DNA from: Gemmatimonadales bacterium
Lineage (GTDB): Bacteria; Gemmatimonadota; Gemmatimonadetes; Gemmatimonadales; GWC2-71-9
Reading direction: 5' to 3'
Length of the DNA stretch: 64,000 nt
Assembly: GCA_025934955.1 (NCBI GenBank)
Contig: JAICWE010000005.1
Coordinates: forward strand, 11,558 to 75,557
A program made the translations under genes and the position numbers. Below the pieces are notes generated by a model that searched no databases, had not been told where the DNA came from, and saw nothing but the letters and a program-made list of their open reading frames with translations. Positions 44,860 to 53,087 of the stretch are shown piece after piece; position 1 is the first letter of the stretch; every line of letters starts with the position of its first letter.

Positions 44860-45705
44860 ATGGCATACGCGGTCGAGAGCGAACGATCACCCACCGTCGC
44901 GGCGGTGCTGCTGCCGGGTGAGCGGCTGCGGGTGGATGCCGCCGGCAACGGCTGCTTCGCGGTCGTCCATCGCGACAGCATCCCCGACGCGTTGCGGGTG
45001 GTGCGGGAGCGGGCGGTGGACGCGGTGATCCTCTCGGTTCACCGCTGCGCCCCGGAGCAGGTGGCGAGCATCGGCCACCTGGTGCGCGACTTCCCCGGCA
45101 TTCCCACCGTTGCGCTCATCTCGCAGCACGACGCCGATGCCACCGACATGCTGCTGCGCTTCGGCGCGTCGGGCGTGCGGCAGGTCGTGGACGTCACGGC
45201 GCCGGGCGGCTGGCACCGGCTGCGCCAGCTGGTCGGCGAGCCCGCGACCAGAAGCGTCGCGCGGATCCAGTTGCCGCTGCTCCAGGCCCTGCCCGATGCG
45301 CCGCCCGATGCGCGTCTGCTGCTCGAGGTGATGATCCGCCTGGCACCGGTGACGCCGACGGTGCGGCGCCTCGCGCTACGGCTGCATGTGCGGCCCAGCA
45401 CGCTCATGTCGCGCTTTGCGCGCGCGGGTCTGCCCAGCCCCAAGAACTACCTCGCCGCGGTGCGCCTGCTCCACGCGGCGCTGCTGTTCGAAGAGCCCGG
45501 GCTCTCCATCGCCGACGTAGCCTACCGGCTCGAGTACTCCTCGCCCCAGAGCTTCGGCCGCCACCTGCGCTCCATGCTCGGCATCACCTCCGGCGAGTTC
45601 CGCCGCCGCTTTCCCTTTCCCGCCGCCGTCGAGCGCTTCGTCGAGCTGATGCTCGCGCCCTATCGCGAGGCGTGGGGACTCTTCCACCCGCTCGCGGGAC
45701 GCTGA
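44860..45705 (+). CDS. AraC-type HTH regulator with degenerate receiver-like N-terminal domain
   Basis: ATG 44860 preceded by AGGAGA gives 281 aa. Receiver-like 'AAVLLPGER...AVDAVILSVHRC...PTVALISQ' has Ser where the phospho-Asp is expected. C-terminal 'ADVAYRLEYSSPQSFGRHLRSMLGITSGEFRRR' is an AraC HTH. Confidence 0.65.
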   Translation: MAYAVESERSPTVAAVLLPGERLRVDAAGNGCFAVVHRDSIPDALRVVRERAVDAVILSVHRCAPEQVASIGHLVRDFPGIPTVALISQHDADATDMLLRFGASGVRQVVDVTAPGGWHRLRQLVGEPATRSVARIQLPLLQALPDAPPDARLLLEVMIRLAPVTPTVRRLALRLHVRPSTLMSRFARAGLPSPKNYLAAVRLLHAALLFEEPGLSIADVAYRLEYSSPQSFGRHLRSMLGITSGEFRRRFPFPAAVERFVELMLAPYREAWGLFHPLAGR

Positions 45706-45709
45706 GGCG

Positions 45710-46438
45710 TCATGCCTCGAGCGCCAGCGGACCCGGCGTCAGCTGCCGCGGCGGGGCGCCTCCGTGGAAGAGCCGCGCGCGTCGCGAGCCCAGCAGCGTC
45801 ACCGCGCTTCCCCGCACCTCGAGCGCGCTGCCTTCGCGCAGGGCGATCACCGGCACCTCGGGGGAGAGCGTGCAGAACTCCTGGAGTCGCTCCGCGCGGC
45901 TCTCGCCGCGGTGGCGCGGCAGACGGGCGTCGGTGTAGTGAGCATTGACCTGGAATCGCACCAGCCCGAGTGCGTCGAAGCTCTCCGGCATCACGATCGG
46001 CATGTCGTTGGTGGTCCGGATGCTCGGGCACGCCACGTTGGAGCCGGCGCTCCAGCCGACGTACGACACGCCGGCCCGGACCCGCGCCCGGATCGGTGCC
46101 AGCAGGGCATGCTGCTGCAGCATCTGAAGCAGGCGGAAGCTGTTGCCGCCCCCGATCACGATCGCGCTTGCATCCATGGCCGTGTCCGCGATCGCGGCCG
46201 CCGGATCGGACGCGCGGTGGAGCGGAATGACGGTGTGGCCGTCGTCGCCTAACGCCTCCTGTACCGCGTCGGCGTACGCGTCGTAGCTCCACCGCACGCC
46301 GGCATACGGAATGAAGAGCAGCCGCGCCGGGCCGCCCAGAAACCGCAGCAGCTCCGGCCGCGCGTGGGCCAGATACGGCTCGCCCCAGTTGCTCGAGTTG
46401 CTGAAGAGAAGGAGGCGCGCGTCGGGTGGCGGGCTCAC
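45710..46438 (-). CDS. pepE: Dipeptidase E (peptidase S51)
   Basis: GTG 46438 gives 242 aa. 'RLLLFSNSS...LLFIPYAG...VIGGGNSFRLLQML...YVGWSAGSNVACPSIRTTNDMPIV' closely parallels E. coli PepE. Confidence 0.8.
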   Translation of the reverse strand: MSPPPDARLLLFSNSSNWGEPYLAHARPELLRFLGGPARLLFIPYAGVRWSYDAYADAVQEALGDDGHTVIPLHRASDPAAAIADTAMDASAIVIGGGNSFRLLQMLQQHALLAPIRARVRAGVSYVGWSAGSNVACPSIRTTNDMPIVMPESFDALGLVRFQVNAHYTDARLPRHRGESRAERLQEFCTLSPEVPVIALREGSALEVRGSAVTLLGSRRARLFHGGAPPRQLTPGPLALEA

Positions 46439-46725
46439 GCCTGTCGATTCGCGGCTGCGCGCAGATATCGCATGGCCAGCGTCTCCAGCCGGTCGTCGCC
46501 CGCCGCCTCCGCCTCCAGCCGGATCTGCTCGACGTGCGCCACCAGCGCCGGGTCGCCCCATGCGTAGCCGGTGGCTTCCTCGGCGCTGGCCGAGTCGCCC
46601 TGGTCGGCACCGCGCAGCAGCGCGCGGGCGGCGGCCGCGTCGTAGCCCGGATCGTCCCGCCGGGGAAGCGGAAAGCGGCCGAGGGGCTCGCCCCCGGCGT
46701 CTTCGTTCACGAACGCGCGCGACAT
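46435..46725 (-). CDS. Hypothetical acidic 96-aa protein
   Basis: ATG 46725, GTGA overlap with pepE. 'MSRAFVNEDAGGEPLGRFPLPRRDDPGYDAAAARALL...'. No family recognised. Confidence 0.45.
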   Translation of the reverse strand: MSRAFVNEDAGGEPLGRFPLPRRDDPGYDAAAARALLRGADQGDSASAEEATGYAWGDPALVAHVEQIRLEAEAAGDDRLETLAMRYLRAAANRQA

Positions 46726-46750
46726 GACCGGAAAATAGGCGCAGCGGAGC

Positions 46751-48817
46751 TCAGCTCGCGGTGAGCAGCGCCAGCAGGGCGTCGCCATAGGCGTCGAGCT
46801 TGGCCGGGCCGACGCCTTTCACCTGCGCCAGCCCGTCGCGGCTCGACGGCCGCGCCGCGGCGAGCTCGGCAAGCGTGCGGTCGTGGAAGACGACGTACGC
46901 CGGCACGCCCCGCTCGCGCGCGGTGGCCGTCCGCCAGCTCTTGAGGCGGGTGAGGAGGTCCGCATCCGCCGGCTGCGCCGTGGCGCCGAGCTCGCCCGAA
47001 GCGCCCCGCTGCTCGCGGCGTGATGCCGCCGCGCGAGGCGCTGACGGCAGCGGCAGCTCCGGCCGAACCTCGCCCTTGGCGACCGCGCGCCCCGCCGCGG
47101 TCAACGCCAGCACCGAGATCCCGACGCGTCCGCCCTCGAGACTCTGTCGCTCCAGCAGCCCGGCGTCGGCGAGCACGCCGAGCAGGTCCTTCACGCCGTC
47201 GAGCGAGAGGGTGCTGAGCCGCCCGTATGTCGGGATGCGATCGAGTCCGCGCGTCGTCACCTCCCGCGAGCTGCTGCCGGTGAGCACCTGCGCGATCCGC
47301 TCCACGCCGAACCTGCCCGACAGCCGGCCCACTGCGCTCAGCGCGATCCGCACCCGCTCGTACTCGCCGTCGTCCAGCGGCCGGAGGTCGCGCGCCAGCC
47401 AACCGAGGCAGACGTCGCACGTGCCACAGCGCGGCACGCTCCCGCCGCGGGTCCCGCCGGCGAAGTAGTCGTAGATGAATCGGGTCCGGCAGGTGCGCGC
47501 AAAGGCGTAGCGCACCATCGTGTTCAATCGCTCGCGATCGCGCTTTCCCTTCTCCGCCCGCGCGGCGAGATCCACCGGCAGCCCGCTCGAGTCCGTCGGC
47601 GGTTCCCCGCTCTCCCGCGCGCGGCGGAGCAGCCGCACGGCGGTGAGCGCCGCCATCTGGCCCGCCGGATCGTGCGCGATGCGAGCGGCGATGTCGTCGT
47701 CATCCACCGATTCGTCCAGCAGCCGCCACGCGGAGCGGAACACGTGGGGCGACGGATTGGCACCCGCGAGAAAGAACTCCTGGGTGCGCACGTCCGCCGG
47801 TGAGAACAGCAGAGTGCAGCGCGACGGCGCTCCATCACGGCCCGCCCGGCCGGCCTCCTGATAGTAGGACTCGACGCTGCCGGGCAGGTCCGCGTGGGCG
47901 ACGAACCGGATGTCCGCCTTGTCGATGCCCATGCCGAAGGCGTTGGTGGCGGCGATGACGTCGACCCGGCCGGCGAGGAAGTCGTCCTGCGTCCGGCTCC
48001 GTGCGTCCTCGGCCAGCCCCGCGTGGTATGCGCCGGTGCGGATTCCCAGTCCGCGCAACATGTCGACCCAGAGCTCCGCGTTCTTCCGGGTGGCGACGTA
48101 CACGATGCCCGGCGCGCCGACGTCCGCGAGCAGCCGGCGGATGGCGCGGGCCTTGTCCTCCCGCGTGCGGCAGCTCTCGACGGCGAGGGTGAGGTTGGGC
48201 CGCTCGAATCCGGTGACCAGCTCGAGCGGCGCGCGGAGGCCGAGCTGCACCGCGATATCGGCCCGCACGTCCGGTGTTGCGGTGGCGGTGAACGCGGCGG
48301 CGGGAACGCCGAGTCGGGCACGAAGCTCGGCGAGGCGCCGGTAGTCGGGCCGAAAGTCGTGCCCCCACTGGCTGATGCAATGGGCCTCGTCCACCACGAG
48401 CCGGGCGACACGCGCGCGGGCCAGAGCGCCGGCGAAGGCGCCGCTCGCGAGCCGCTCCGGTGCCACGTACACCAGGCGCAGCTCCCCCGCCGCGAGCGCC
48501 GACTCCGCAGTGCGCCGGTCGTCCGGCGCGAGCCCCGAGTGGATCGCCGCCGCCGCGATGCCGCGGCTCCGCAGCCGATCCACCTGGTCTTTCATCAGCG
48601 CGATGAGGGGAGACACCACGACGGTGGTGCCGTCGAGCAGGAGCGCCGGGAGCTGAAAGCAGAGCGATTTGCCGGCGCCGGTGGGCATGACCGCGACGAG
48701 GTCGCGCCCGGCGAGCACGGCGTCGATCGCCTCGCGCTGGCCGGGCCGGAACGCCTGGAGGCCGAAGTGGCGGTGCAGCGCGTCGTCGAGTGAACCGTCG
48801 AATGAACTCTGGATCAT
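46751..48817 (-). CDS. recQ: ATP-dependent DNA helicase RecQ
   Basis: 688 aa. 'FRPGQREAIDAVLAGRDLVAVMPTGAGKSLCFQLPA'. 'VVDEAHCISQWGHDFRPDY'. C-terminal HRDC 'VFHDRTLAELAAARPSSRDGLAQVKGVGPAKLDAYG'. Confidence 0.92.
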   Translation of the reverse strand: MIQSSFDGSLDDALHRHFGLQAFRPGQREAIDAVLAGRDLVAVMPTGAGKSLCFQLPALLLDGTTVVVSPLIALMKDQVDRLRSRGIAAAAIHSGLAPDDRRTAESALAAGELRLVYVAPERLASGAFAGALARARVARLVVDEAHCISQWGHDFRPDYRRLAELRARLGVPAAAFTATATPDVRADIAVQLGLRAPLELVTGFERPNLTLAVESCRTREDKARAIRRLLADVGAPGIVYVATRKNAELWVDMLRGLGIRTGAYHAGLAEDARSRTQDDFLAGRVDVIAATNAFGMGIDKADIRFVAHADLPGSVESYYQEAGRAGRDGAPSRCTLLFSPADVRTQEFFLAGANPSPHVFRSAWRLLDESVDDDDIAARIAHDPAGQMAALTAVRLLRRARESGEPPTDSSGLPVDLAARAEKGKRDRERLNTMVRYAFARTCRTRFIYDYFAGGTRGGSVPRCGTCDVCLGWLARDLRPLDDGEYERVRIALSAVGRLSGRFGVERIAQVLTGSSSREVTTRGLDRIPTYGRLSTLSLDGVKDLLGVLADAGLLERQSLEGGRVGISVLALTAAGRAVAKGEVRPELPLPSAPRAAASRREQRGASGELGATAQPADADLLTRLKSWRTATARERGVPAYVVFHDRTLAELAAARPSSRDGLAQVKGVGPAKLDAYGDALLALLTAS

Positions 48818-48824
48818 CCGCCGG

Positions 48825-48830
48825 AATGTA
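48825..48830 (-). promoter_or_regulatory. -10-like TACATT 7 nt upstream of the recQ ATG (leaderless candidate)
   Basis: Minus strand reads TACATT-ccggcgg-ATG(48817). No SD. Confidence 0.4.
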
Positions 48831-48893
48831 GCCGTCCGGCCCGGCGGCGCGGGATCGAAATGACGCCGGTCTAGCGCCGCTTCCCCGCCCCGC

Positions 48894-49244
48894 TCACCCG
48901 GTGTGCCCGCGGAAGACGAAATACACCGCGCCCAGGATGCAGAGCCCGGCCCAAAGGTAGTCGAGCCGAACCGGCTGGCGCATGTAGAAGTACGCGAACG
49001 GCACGAACACCACCAGCGTGATCACTTCCTGCAGGATTTTGAGCTGCGGGAGGGTGTACGCGGTGTAGCCGATCCGGTTCGCCGGCACCTGGAGCAGGTA
49101 CTCGAAGAGCGCCACGCCCCAGCTCAGGAGCGCCGCCACGTACCACGGCCTCTCCGAGAGATTCTTGAGGTGCGCGTACCAGGCGAACGTCATGAAGACG
49201 TTGGAGAGCACCAGCAGACCAGCGGTGCGCAGGATGACTGACAC
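48894..49244 (-). CDS. DMT-superfamily small membrane protein (DUF486-like)
   Basis: 116 aa, 4 TM segments. 'LLVLSNVFMTFAWYAHLK...LFEYLLQVPANRIGY...QLKILQEVITLVVFVPF'. Confidence 0.8.
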   Translation of the reverse strand: MSVILRTAGLLVLSNVFMTFAWYAHLKNLSERPWYVAALLSWGVALFEYLLQVPANRIGYTAYTLPQLKILQEVITLVVFVPFAYFYMRQPVRLDYLWAGLCILGAVYFVFRGHTG

Positions 49245-49246
49245 GC

Positions 49247-49480
49247 TCAGGCCTCGACCTCGTCATCGCTGCCGGGCTTGGGACGGAAATCGAGGTGCTC
49301 GGCCTTCACCGTGACGTGGTCGCGGCCGGTGAAGAGGCGGGTGAGACGGTCGCCGGCGAGGTTCACCGACCGGGTCGTGACGCCGGGGAAGAGCGGCGCG
49401 ACATCGTACCACGTCTCGCCGCGCAGACCGGGATACTGCGACTTGTGCTCCGGCTTGAGCTGCGCCTGGAGACGGGCCAT
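49247..49480 (-). CDS. Hypothetical 77-aa protein
   Basis: ATG 49480 preceded by GGGAGAG. 'MARLQAQLKPEHKSQYPGLRGETWYDVAPLFPGV...'. No family recognised. Confidence 0.4.
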   Translation of the reverse strand: MARLQAQLKPEHKSQYPGLRGETWYDVAPLFPGVTTRSVNLAGDRLTRLFTGRDHVTVKAEHLDFRPKPGSDDEVEA

Positions 49481-49565
49481 GGACGCTCTCCCTGACGGCT
49501 GAGACCGCCGGAACATCGTCAGCGCGGCGATCCGGGGCAAGCAGCCGCGGGCGGCCGGCCCTGTA

Positions 49566-50090
49566 CTACTCATCGACAGTCAGCGGGTACTCGCTCAGGA
49601 GAATGCCGTCGGCATCGGCGTAGAGCCACGCCCCCGGCCTCCAGGTGACGTCCGCAAAATGAAGCTCGACATCGTGTTCACCTCCCCCGCCCTTCCCGCT
49701 CCGGCGCGGGTTCGTCGCCAGCGCCCTCACGCCAAGCGATAGCTCGGCCAATGCGGCACTGTCGCGAATGCAGCCGTGGATCACGATGCCCCGCCAGCCG
49801 CTGGCCACCGCCAGCTCACCCAGGCGGTCGCCGACCAGTGCGCAAGCCAATGAACCCCCGCCGCCCACCACGAGCACCCTGCCCTCGCCGGCGGTCGAAA
49901 GACAGGCGCGCACCAAGGTGTTGTCACCGTGGACTCGTACCGTCGCGATTCGGCCGGAGAAGCGCCGCGCGCCGCCGAAGTCGCGCAGAACGGGCGCGGC
50001 GACCTGGGTTTCCGGGTTGGCGTCAGAGAGATCGGCGGTGGTCCAGATCGTCACGATAATGGCCGCGTTTGTGTTGGTGGAGCAACGCAT
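49566..50090 (-). CDS. rraA: RraA family protein (RNase E regulator / HMG-CHA aldolase fold)
   Basis: 'TTADLSDA...FGGARRFSGRIATVRVHGDNTLVR...GRVLVVGGGGSLACALVGDRLGELA...GIVIHGCIRD'. The start is ATG 50090 or GTG 50054. Confidence 0.8.
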   Translation of the reverse strand: MRCSTNTNAAIIVTIWTTADLSDANPETQVAAPVLRDFGGARRFSGRIATVRVHGDNTLVRACLSTAGEGRVLVVGGGGSLACALVGDRLGELAVASGWRGIVIHGCIRDSAALAELSLGVRALATNPRRSGKGGGGEHDVELHFADVTWRPGAWLYADADGILLSEYPLTVDE

Positions 50091-50113
50091 TATGTGAGTA
50101 GTTTGTATTGATG

Positions 50114-50665
50114 CTACGCAAGGCCCATGGCCGAGGAAGTCGTAAGCGCTACGACTCGGTGTCCCAGCGCCTCGATCTGCCCTCGCCCGCCCTGCTCCCG
50201 GTCCACGATCGCGAGCACCCCGAGCACCCGACCCCCGCCCGCGATCACCGCCTCGATCGCCTTCAGCGCCGACCCTCCGGAGGTGATCACGTCCTCGATC
50301 ACAACCACTGGATCGCCCGGCGCGAAGTTGCCCTCGATCGACCGGCCGGTGCCGTGATTCTTGGCTTCCTTCCGTACGCTGAAGGCGTCGATCACCGGCG
50401 GCTCAGCCGCGCTGGCGGCGGCGATCGCGTAGGCCACCGGGTCGGCGCCCATGGTGAGTCCGCCGACGCTCCGCGGTGACCAGCCGGCCAGCCGGATGGC
50501 CGCGAGGCCGGCTCGCCCGATCAGAACCTGACCCGCTGCCGACATCGTGGTGAGCCGGCAGTCTATGTAGTAGGTGGAGTGCTGTCCCGAGGCGAGCACG
50601 AACTCTCCGCGGCGGACCGAGCGCTGGAGAAGGAGCTGCTCCAGTGCAGCGCGGTCCGGCGGCAC
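50114..50665 (-). CDS. pyrE: Orotate phosphoribosyltransferase
   Basis: GTG 50665, 2 nt after the kinase stop. 183 aa. 'RGEFVLASGQHSTYYIDCR...VVVIEDVITSGGSAL' is the PRPP motif. Confidence 0.85.
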   Translation of the reverse strand: MPPDRAALEQLLLQRSVRRGEFVLASGQHSTYYIDCRLTTMSAAGQVLIGRAGLAAIRLAGWSPRSVGGLTMGADPVAYAIAAASAAEPPVIDAFSVRKEAKNHGTGRSIEGNFAPGDPVVVIEDVITSGGSALKAIEAVIAGGGRVLGVLAIVDREQGGRGQIEALGHRVVALTTSSAMGLA

Positions 50666-50667
50666 CG

Positions 50668-51564
50668 TTACGCGCCGCCTTTGCGGAAGAAGCTGGAGAG
50701 GAATCCGCCCTTCTTGCCGTCGCCCTGACTCACGGCCGTGCACACGCCCTGCGCGAACTCGTCTATGGTCTTGGACCGCCGCCCGAGATCCCGCTCCAGC
50801 CCGCTCATCACCGCGCTCTCGAGCGCATGGGAAAACCGCATCCCCTTGACGGCCTGGTTGAGCGGCACCGGCGATTGGGAGAGCAGCTGCTGAAACAGCT
50901 CGCGCGGGCTCTTGCCGGTGAAGGGCAGGGCGCCGGTCAGCAGATAATACGTGATCGTGGCGAGGCTGTAGACGTCGGCCTGCTCGCTCACCAGCTCGCC
51001 GGACAGCGCTTCCGGCGCGACGTACTGCAGCGTGCCCACGAAGAATCCGGCCCGCGTCAGCCGCTCCTCGGGACTGTCGGCGTCGCGCGCGATGCCGAAG
51101 TCCAGCAGCTTCACCTGCTGCGTCGCCGGATCGTACATGATGTTGGCCGGCTTGAGGTCGCGATGCACGATGCCGGCCTTGTGCACCGCCGAGAGCGCGC
51201 CGCCGAGCTGCTCGACGATGTTGGCGACGAGGGCGGGGGCGAGGAAGCCGGATCGATTGACGAAGTTGGCGAGTGGCTCGCCGTCTACCCACTCGAGCGC
51301 CAGGTAGTGCAGCCCGTCGGCTTCGCCGAAGTCGTAGGTGCGGACGATGTTCGGATGGCTCACGCGGGTCCCGAACTCGGCCTCGCGCAGAAAGCGCTTG
51401 ACCGCGACCGGATCCTGGCTCATGCGGGGACGCAGCACCTTGACGGCCGCCACCCCGCGCTCCGGGTGCTCGGCGCGATACACGGTCGCGGTGCCGCCCT
51501 CCCCGACGTACTTCACGAGGCGATAATCGGCTACCGTGCGGCCGACGAGAGTATCAGAGGTCAT
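50668..51564 (-). CDS. Ser/Thr protein kinase, catalytic domain only
   Basis: 'YVGEGGTATVYRA...AAVKVL...HRDLKPANIMY...DFGIARD...GTLQYVAPE'. ATG 51564 chosen; the track start at 51576 is a TTG. Confidence 0.8.
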   Translation of the reverse strand: MTSDTLVGRTVADYRLVKYVGEGGTATVYRAEHPERGVAAVKVLRPRMSQDPVAVKRFLREAEFGTRVSHPNIVRTYDFGEADGLHYLALEWVDGEPLANFVNRSGFLAPALVANIVEQLGGALSAVHKAGIVHRDLKPANIMYDPATQQVKLLDFGIARDADSPEERLTRAGFFVGTLQYVAPEALSGELVSEQADVYSLATITYYLLTGALPFTGKSPRELFQQLLSQSPVPLNQAVKGMRFSHALESAVMSGLERDLGRRSKTIDEFAQGVCTAVSQGDGKKGGFLSSFFRKGGA

Positions 51565-51746
51565 GGGCTTGGCCAAGCTACAGCATCACCGGACACCCGG
51601 CAAGCAGCAGCGACGCGCATGCGATCCGCTGCGCCGCGGCTGCTTGACCGCCCTTGGCGGTCGCCGCTAACCTTGGAAAGGACGGGGACATCGTGACACG
51701 GGCGCCGCTCGGGGGCAGGATGCACTCGGGAAGGGGGAGGGGGCTC

Positions 51747-53087
51747 ATGCGTCGTCTCGCACTGCCGCTCGCGGCGGTGGTCGCGTTGGCGGCCTGCGGC
51801 AACTGGAAACGGGTCGGCAGCACCGATCAGCCGAAGCCCGTCGAATCTCTCACCCAGATCTTCAACTCGCAGGCGTATTACCAGCGCCTCGGCCGCCTCG
51901 CCGCGGGCGATCCGCTGCCGTTCGTCGGCACCGTCGCTTTCACCGCCGCGCCCGCCGACACCGACCTCGCGACCGTCGGCCTCTCGCTCGCGAATCACTC
52001 GCTCTCGTTCCAGAAGGAAGGGCAGGGGTTCGCCGCGCATTACCGGGTGGACGTCTCCTTCCAGCGGACCGGCCAGCCGGCGATTGCCGGCGGCCAGGAC
52101 GAGGTGGTGCGAGTCGCCACCTTCGCCGAAACCCAGCGGGCCGACGAGAGCGTGCTGTTCCAGAAGGCGTTCCGCCTTCTGCCCGGCACGTATCACGTCG
52201 TCGTCACGCTGCGCGATGCCAACGGCACCGCGCCCTCGCACGCCGAAGCGGACTTCGACGCGCCCCGCTTCACGCCCGGCTCCACCACGCGGCCCATCCT
52301 CGCCTACCAGGCCACCGGCCGCGGCGAGCTGAGCGACCCGCTGCGCATCGTGCTGAACCCGCGCGGCGCCGTCGCGTACCGTACCGACACGCTGCTGGCG
52401 TACGTCGAGGGCTACCGCTTCGCCCGGCCGACCAAGGTGCCGTTCGAGGTCCGCACGCAGGAGGACAGTGTCGTCTACCGCGACTCGCTCGAGTTCCACG
52501 GCGACCGGCCGGTGGAGAGCCAGGTCATCCGCATGCGGCCCGACAGCATCTCGTTAGGCGAGTTCAAGGTGGAGGTGGGGCAGGGCGCCGAGCGGAAGAG
52601 CACCTCCGCGCTGGTGTCCTTCTCGTCGGCCTGGGTGGTGACCAACTTCGACGAGATGCTCAGCCTGCTGCGCTACTTCGGCCCCGACGCCAAGCTGAAC
52701 GAGCTGCGCAAGGCGGCGCCGTCGGAGCGCGGACGCCTCTGGAAGGAGTTCTGGGCCGAGACCGACCCCGATCCGTCCACGCCGGAAAACGAGGCGATCA
52801 ACCAGTACCTCGGCCGGGTCACCCTCGCCAACGCGCGCTACAAGGAGGAAGGCATTCCCGGCTGGCGCACCGACCGGGGCGAGGCGTTCATCCGCCTCGG
52901 CGATCCCGATGAGACCTACGACACCAGCCCGGGCACGGCCAACCGGGTGCTGGTCTGGACCTACGTGAACTACCGCATCGAGCTGTACTTCACCGACGAG
53001 ACCGGCTTCGGCCGCTTCCGCCTGACGCCGGCCAGCCGTGCCGCGCTGGAGGAGGCCGCGGCCCGTATCGGCCGACTCGGGAAGTGA
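51747..53087 (+). CDS. GWxTD-domain lipoprotein
   Basis: ATG 51747 preceded by GGGGGAGGGGG. Lipobox 'VVALAAC'. C-terminal 'EEGIPGWRTDRGEAFIRLGDPDE' is the GWxTD motif. Confidence 0.75.
   Translation: MRRLALPLAAVVALAACGNWKRVGSTDQPKPVESLTQIFNSQAYYQRLGRLAAGDPLPFVGTVAFTAAPADTDLATVGLSLANHSLSFQKEGQGFAAHYRVDVSFQRTGQPAIAGGQDEVVRVATFAETQRADESVLFQKAFRLLPGTYHVVVTLRDANGTAPSHAEADFDAPRFTPGSTTRPILAYQATGRGELSDPLRIVLNPRGAVAYRTDTLLAYVEGYRFARPTKVPFEVRTQEDSVVYRDSLEFHGDRPVESQVIRMRPDSISLGEFKVEVGQGAERKSTSALVSFSSAWVVTNFDEMLSLLRYFGPDAKLNELRKAAPSERGRLWKEFWAETDPDPSTPENEAINQYLGRVTLANARYKEEGIPGWRTDRGEAFIRLGDPDETYDTSPGTANRVLVWTYVNYRIELYFTDETGFGRFRLTPASRAALEEAAARIGRLGK

Noticed and set aside
51567-51578. Perfect 12-bp palindrome GCTTGGCCAAGC just upstream of the small kinase start.
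   Set aside because: Dozens of 12-bp GC-rich palindromes are expected by chance in 64 kb of this composition (rough estimate). There is no second copy or other supporting feature.
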